Translations under genes and position numbers: made by a program
Assembly (NCBI GenBank): GCA_031409335.1
Contig: JANNWY010000299.1
Coordinates: forward strand, 1 to 57,494
Length of the DNA: 57,494 nt
Reading direction: 5' to 3'
Source: Chthoniobacteraceae bacterium
GTDB taxonomy: Bacteria > Verrucomicrobiota > Verrucomicrobiia > Chthoniobacterales > Chthoniobacteraceae
Notes under the pieces: generated by a model
Told to the model about the DNA's origin: nothing
The model's input: only the letters and a program-made list of their open reading frames with translations
Database searches by the model: none
Shown: one piece after another, positions 57,198 through 57,494 of the stretch
How positions within the stretch are numbered: position 1 is the stretch's first letter
Layout of the letters: every line of letters starts with the position of its first letter

Positions 57198-57494
57198 CGG
57201 CGCGCCCGCGCTTAAGCCCCGCACAATCGTAAACTTGGCCTCGGCTAACTGCATCAAGGTATGGATGCCATTTTCACCCAAATGGTCGTTCGCGACGTTG
57301 GTTACCACGCCCACGTCCGCATCGATCACTTGTAAACCCCGGCGCAACATGCCGCCGCGCGCCACTTCAAGTACCGCAATTTCAGTATTTGGATGGCGCA
57401 GCACCATGCGCGCGCCGGTGGGGCCAGAATAGTCGTCGCGCTTGAGAATTTCCGCGCCAATTTGGACAAAATCGGTGGAGCAAAACCCCACGGT
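57198..57494 (-). pseudogene. Fragment of a cyanophycin-synthetase-like Mur-ligase domain; 3' part missing, 5' part outside the window
   Basis: 'DYSGPTGARMVLRHP..EIAVLEVARGGMLRRGL....DVGVVTNVANDHLGENGI.TL.QLAEAK'; similarity ends at 'GLSAGAP', where the frame runs into the repeat element. Confidence 0.7.

Noticed and set aside
1..57494. rRNA, tRNA, riboswitches (including c-di-AMP), integrase, transposase, reverse transcriptase or defence-island genes
   Set aside because: None recognised by eye; an Rfam, tRNAscan and HMM scan would be needed to exclude divergent cases.

Overview
GC-rich bacterial chromosomal segment. The gene content (PEP-CTERM autotransporter-repeat protein, CotH/lamin-tail protein, cytochrome c-WD40 fusion, squalene-hopene cyclase, folP-cdaA pair) suggests Verrucomicrobiota, probably Chthoniobacterales-like; this is an inference. 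I identified about 40 protein-coding genes and no rRNA, tRNA, CRISPR array or intact transposase. Main blocks: (1) a minus-strand beta-1,3-glucan utilisation locus (LacI regulator, secreted CBM-like protein, GH81 endoglucanase, GH149-type phosphorylase, GPH symporter, DUF4380 protein) next to a split UxaA dehydratase; (2) housekeeping genes (cdaA, folP, shc, Ski2-like helicase, gamma-CA, HU, RlmI-like methyltransferase); (3) envelope and secreted proteins, including a class A PBP whose transpeptidase motifs are substituted and an HtrA-like protein with a substituted catalytic triad; (4) a sulfonate-type ABC importer with a FAD oxidoreductase and TauE; (5) hicBA, an MFS gene, small basic proteins and a truncated cyanophycin-synthetase-like fragment at the right end. 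The most unusual non-coding signals are several families of small inverted-repeat elements, two of them nested. Three secreted proteins also share a recurring C-terminal module that may be an uncharacterised sorting signal. All family assignments come from motif recognition, not database searches.
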